Of a DNA stretch of 7,806 nt, positions 4,709 through 7,806 are shown piece after piece. Numbering within the stretch: the stretch's first letter is position 1; the number at the start of each line of letters is the position of its first letter. The stretch covers positions 1 through 7,806 of the IMG/VR virus record IMGVR_UViG_3300023489_000040; one strand, given 5' to 3'. The position numbers and the translations under genes are program-made. Origin of the DNA: a virus. A model generated the notes under the pieces. The model worked only from the letters and a program-made list of their open reading frames with translations. It was not told the DNA's origin and made no database searches.

Positions 4709-5804
4709 CCTGTCCAATCCCGCCAACGGCTGGTTCCACGTCGAGAAAAGCGGAGATCATGAGGTCGACTACGGCGAGGGGCCTGCGGTGCTCCGCATAG
4801 ACGAGCAGGCGATCAAGTCCATGGTGGATGAATTCAACTCCCGCACCTTTGACGGGCCCGGCATGCTCATTGACGGCGACCACTTGAGCCATGACCTTTC
4901 ACGCGACACTCGCGCTCTCGGATGGCTCAAGCGGCTGGACACCTACCGCGATCCTTCCGGCGCGTTGGAGTTGTACGGCTTCATCGAATGGACGCCACGC
5001 GGGCAGCAAATGCTGGCCGACAAAGAATATACGCAATCCTCCACTGAATACGGAGAGGGCATGACGTTCGAGGGCGGCATTTACCGTCCCGCCAAGCTGA
5101 CAGGCTTCGCCCTGACCAACCGTCCCCGAATTAAGGGGAAGCGCCCTCTGGTCAACCGACAGACTTCCCCCGCCTCCACGGAGACCGGGGGCGAACAACA
5201 AAGCCCCGAACAGGGGGAAAACAACCCAGAAACCAATATGGAAAACGACGATAGAGAATATCCGTCCAAGGAAATGGACAAGGCCCAGCGGGCCCTGTTT
5301 GATTCCCTGCTTGACAAGCTGGATGTCGAATTTGACGGCACCGACGACATGAGCAGGGACATCCTCGGACGCCTCGATGAACTGCTCTCGCTGGAAAAGC
5401 GGGAGAAAGACCACGTGAACGCCGAAGTGGACGACGCCGTCAGCACGTATGAAAACGAGCTGGACGAGGAAGAGCGCAAGGAATTCACGGAAGAACGCCG
5501 GGAAGAGCTGAAAAACTCTCTCCGGGAAAGTCCGGCCGCACTGGGCGCCTTTGTCAAGGCTCTCAATCGGTCCGCGAAGTCAAAGCCGCCGCATGACGTT
5601 GTTGACGAAAGCCGCCGAAATCCAGCTGGAAGAACGTCCTTGAACCGCCGCGCTACCCAGGCGCCGCCCAATCCGTTCCGCAAGAAGGAATCCATCGACG
5701 GATTCCAGAACCGCGTCGACGAATTAATGAAGGGCGGCATGAAGCGGTACGACGCCTTCCAGAAAGCCACCGAAGAAGGCTACATTGTAACCTCCGAACG
5801 ATAA
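4683..5804 (+). CDS. prohead protease (Mu gpI-like) fused to an acidic, coiled-coil scaffold-like C-terminal half
   Basis: The ATG at 4683 overlaps the portal 3' end by 26 nt. DGDHLSH...ALGWLKRL...LELYGFIEWTPRGQQMLADKEYTQSSTEY fits the Mu I-protease family pattern (D.EH...GW...WT...EY.Y.S). It is followed by a P/E/Q/G-rich linker and a charged helical region, as in protease-scaffold fusions. Confidence 0.8.
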   Translation: MISTKQINDLSNPANGWFHVEKSGDHEVDYGEGPAVLRIDEQAIKSMVDEFNSRTFDGPGMLIDGDHLSHDLSRDTRALGWLKRLDTYRDPSGALELYGFIEWTPRGQQMLADKEYTQSSTEYGEGMTFEGGIYRPAKLTGFALTNRPRIKGKRPLVNRQTSPASTETGGEQQSPEQGENNPETNMENDDREYPSKEMDKAQRALFDSLLDKLDVEFDGTDDMSRDILGRLDELLSLEKREKDHVNAEVDDAVSTYENELDEEERKEFTEERREELKNSLRESPAALGAFVKALNRSAKSKPPHDVVDESRRNPAGRTSLNRRATQAPPNPFRKKESIDGFQNRVDELMKGGMKRYDAFQKATEEGYIVTSER

Positions 5805-5824
5805 CCCCAACCTGATACAAACCA

Positions 5825-6256
5825 ATGCCATCACTCAATGTAACCCAGAAAAGCGCCATCGTCTATTTCAACACCCCGGAGGGTGTTGACCTGTGCGGAC
5901 AGGAAGGAACCGTCGTGGCGCTGACCGCCAACCCGGACATCCCCGAGTTTATCGGGACGCCGTTGTCCGCCATCCCTACGCAGACACAGCTGCTCGGCGT
6001 AGTCCTGCAAGGGCAGCCCAACCAGGGAACCTGCGTCGCCGCCCTCGTCGGCATGTACGCCGGCCTGATCAAGGCGGCTCTTTCCGACACGCCGGGCACG
6101 ATCAACGCCGGAACGCCCCTCACCATCACGGCCAACGGAGCATGGAAGGCCGCCGCCAGCGGTGAAACCGTCTATGCCCGCGTGATTCACGCCCAGTGGG
6201 AACAGGGCATGGTGGAAATCGGCTTCGTCCCCTCCTACCAGGTCGCGGCTGCGTAA
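5825..6256 (+). CDS. putative head decoration / capsid-cement protein (DUF2190-like), 143 aa
   Basis: Clean ATG ORF with strong G/C third-position bias. It sits directly upstream of the major capsid gene, the same position as lambda D relative to E. The G/V/A-rich beta-type pattern (LLGVVLQG...GTCVAALVGMY...INAGTPL...) is reminiscent of DUF2190 proteins. The family call is tentative. Confidence 0.55.
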   Translation: MPSLNVTQKSAIVYFNTPEGVDLCGQEGTVVALTANPDIPEFIGTPLSAIPTQTQLLGVVLQGQPNQGTCVAALVGMYAGLIKAALSDTPGTINAGTPLTITANGAWKAAASGETVYARVIHAQWEQGMVEIGFVPSYQVAAA

Positions 6257-6476
6257 CATCAACCCCAACCAATAGAAAGACCAAAAAACAAGGGCTACTC
6301 CATTTTGCTCAGCCGTCCAGTTCACCGATGTCCTGACCGCCTACTCAGCCGGCTCCGGGAACACCGAAGAGAACTCCATTATCAGCCGCATCGCGCCGAT
6401 CGTCCCGGTTTACGACCTCAATTTCCAGTACAAGGTCTGGGACACGGAATCTGCCTTTACGGTCCAGCCGATCCAG

Positions 6477-7214
6477 GTGGGACCGGGCGAACCTCCCCGC
6501 CAGACCGTCCTGCGCGGCAGGAACGAAACCGACACCCTTCAGGGGTACGGCTTAACCTTGCCGATTCCGGACGCCTTGCTGGGCGTCAACCGCGAAAAGG
6601 CGCAGGCTATCACCCTGGCGGAATACAAGCTCATCGAATCACAGTTTGTGACCTCGTATGAATATGAACGCGCCAAGCTCATCACCAGCCAGTTGCCTGC
6701 CGCAGCCGGTTACGGGGACTGGGCCAACGAACAGAAGAATCCGCTGACGGATCTGGATAATGCCATCCTGTCCATCAATGCGGCGACTGGACACATGCCT
6801 AACACCATCGTCTTTGGCATCAACGCCTGGCAGCTCCTGCGAGCCAACCCCATTGCCAGACAGGTGGTGTCATTCAACAGTGTCGGCCTCTTCAACGAAG
6901 ACCTGCTCCGCAATGCGCTGATTCGGCCTATCAGGGATATTTACATCGCAGCCATGCCCTACCGCGACGCTTCCGGCGACGCCAAGACCATCATGGAGAA
7001 CGAAGTCTATGTCCTGTACAAGGAAGACTCCCCGACGCAGTTCGACGCCTCTGCCATCAAGACGTTTGGTTTGTCCGGCAAGCTCCGCCGCGAAGTCATC
7101 ACGGAATACAAGCCGACGCCCGCTTTGACGCTGGTAACCAACCGCGTCTACTCGCTGACCAAGCTGACCAACCCGTCCGCCATCGTCCGCATCGACGCGA
7201 CGGCCACGGCTTAA
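6477..7214 (+). CDS. major capsid protein. Coordinates are from the first GTG; the frame is open and coding-like from about 6306-6312, which would give roughly 300 aa.
   Basis: It sits after the protease/scaffold and decoration genes and before the connector. The in-frame upstream sequence AVQFTDVLTAYSAGSGNTEENSIISRIAPIVPVYDLNFQYKVWD has the same codon bias as the rest of the gene. The overall layout (...NPLTDLDNAILSI...PNTIVFGINAWQLL...) resembles lambda gpE-type/HK97-fold capsid proteins. The specific family is uncertain. Confidence 0.75.
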   Translation: MGPGEPPRQTVLRGRNETDTLQGYGLTLPIPDALLGVNREKAQAITLAEYKLIESQFVTSYEYERAKLITSQLPAAAGYGDWANEQKNPLTDLDNAILSINAATGHMPNTIVFGINAWQLLRANPIARQVVSFNSVGLFNEDLLRNALIRPIRDIYIAAMPYRDASGDAKTIMENEVYVLYKEDSPTQFDASAIKTFGLSGKLRREVITEYKPTPALTLVTNRVYSLTKLTNPSAIVRIDATATA

Positions 7215-7235
7215 CCCACCCAACCCGCCTCCATC

Positions 7236-7712
7236 ATGTCCGCCTTTCCCGCCTGGTCCACCATCACTACGGATGAAGCCGACCGACTCCTCGGCCTCAA
7301 CACTGCGGAGCGCGACGCCCTGGTGAAAGCCGGGGAGCTGCGCAGCCTGGACTACCGGGACGTCATGATGGAGGCGGTCAACGATGTCTGCATGGCCATC
7401 CGCGGGGCGCTGGCCAACAACCTCGCCCTGCGGCAATCGCTCCAGAATAGCGGCATGTACGACATCCCGCAGAGCATGCGCTCCCTGGCGTGGCCGCTGA
7501 TCATCCGGCAGCTTTACCTGCGCTACCAGATCAACCTGACCGAAACGCGCCAGAAAGCCGCTGAATCGGCCGATGAGATGCTGGCCCGCTATGCACGAGG
7601 CGAAATGCTGCCGGAAAGCGTAGACGGCGCCGCCCCGGCGGACCCCGCCTACATGATGCCGCGCTTCACTCAGCGCCCCTGGTTCAACCCCATGAGAAGC
7701 ACCTACCGATGA
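7236..7712 (+). CDS. putative head-tail connector / head completion protein (Mu gp36 / DUF1320-like)
   Basis: It lies immediately after the capsid gene, as in Mu (T then J/gp36). The pattern DYRDVMMEAVNDVCMAIRGAL...IPQSMRSLAWPLIIRQLYLRY...TETRQKAAESADEMLARYARGEM parallels the DUF1320 layout (D..V..AI.DA...I.G.L...P..L.....A.Y.L.....RY..A...L...A.G). Coding is secure; the family call is moderate. Confidence 0.55.
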   Translation: MSAFPAWSTITTDEADRLLGLNTAERDALVKAGELRSLDYRDVMMEAVNDVCMAIRGALANNLALRQSLQNSGMYDIPQSMRSLAWPLIIRQLYLRYQINLTETRQKAAESADEMLARYARGEMLPESVDGAAPADPAYMMPRFTQRPWFNPMRSTYR

Positions 7713-7806
7713 TGACCGCCGCCCAGATGGAGATGATCGCCAACGACTACGCCGAACGCGCCTTTTTCGTGTCCGGCGTGGAGCCCGGCGTTATCCTGTC
7801 CGACTT
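7709..7806 (+). CDS. 5' end of next head/tail morphogenesis gene (partial, runs off the window)
   Basis: ATG at 7709 overlaps the TGA stop at 7710-7712 of the preceding gene (ATGA coupling), and a second ATG lies at 7712. The frame is open to the window end, reads MMTAAQMEMIANDYAERAFFVSGVEPGVILSD, and shows the same G/C third-position bias. Confidence 0.5.
   Translation, partial: MMTAAQMEMIANDYAERAFFVSGVEPGVILSD

Noticed and set aside
1250-6275. Stop-codon reassignment (TAG or TGA recoding) as the explanation for the missing start codons
   Set aside because: The stops that close the four upstream frames are of different kinds (TAG 1295, TAA 1817, TGA 3272, TAG 6273). All long genes are intact under the standard bacterial code, so recoding explains nothing consistently.
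6305-6661. 118-aa R/P-rich ORF starting at TTG 6305
   Set aside because: It is the off-frame reading of the capsid gene. Only its TTG start codon may be meaningful (see the capsid-start finding).
2390-7436. Long minus-strand ORFs inside the structural genes (2390..2914, 2857..3186, 3242..4036, 4214..4726, 4899..5414, 5081..5770, 5831..6325, 6870..7436)
   Set aside because: These are typical antisense or off-frame open frames of GC-rich coding DNA, with R/G/P/S/A-rich translations. They fully overlap plus-strand genes that carry recognisable terminase, portal, protease and capsid motifs.
1-7806. Search for tRNA/tmRNA, CRISPR repeats, integrase or transposase genes, and att-like long direct repeats
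   Set aside because: I found no cloverleaf-like or T-loop signatures in the intergenic regions, no regularly spaced repeats, and no recombinase-like ORF. Prophage boundaries are therefore not visible in this window.

Overview
The plus strand from about 1.3 to 7.8 kb is a contiguous packaging and head-morphogenesis module of a tailed phage or prophage. In order it encodes an HTH-type small terminase, a large terminase (Walker A/B plus nuclease motifs) and a Mu gp29/DUF935-like portal. These are followed by a Mu gpI-like prohead protease fused to an acidic scaffold-like tail, a small decoration-like protein and a major capsid protein. The module ends with a DUF1320/gp36-like connector and the ATGA-coupled 5' end of the next gene. 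The left 1.3 kb differs in character: it is visibly more AT-rich and is coded on the minus strand. It carries two small accessory genes. One is a strongly acidic 107-aa protein with its own promoter-like region, perfect palindrome and terminator. The other is a strongly basic 172-aa protein with two tandem CPxCGK...[Y/H]CSxxC zinc ribbons. The roughly 300-bp spacer between them holds three tetraloop-capped hairpins (a candidate small RNA plus a bidirectional terminator), phased A-tracts and a 13-bp direct repeat. Four things deserve a second look. (i) A 22-nt stretch at the junction of the two parts matches the pUC/M13 polylinker core at 21 of 22 positions. (ii) terS, terL, portal and capsid all have homologous or clearly coding-like sequence upstream of their first in-frame ATG/GTG/TTG, so no canonical initiator sits where the protein should begin. 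(iii) An AT-rich promoter-like island with a consensus TTGACA lies between terL and portal. (iv) I cannot assign the accessory cassette to a known family. I saw no rRNA, tRNA, CRISPR array, transposase or integrase. No searches could be run, so all family calls rest on motif recognition from memory and on the supplied ORF track.
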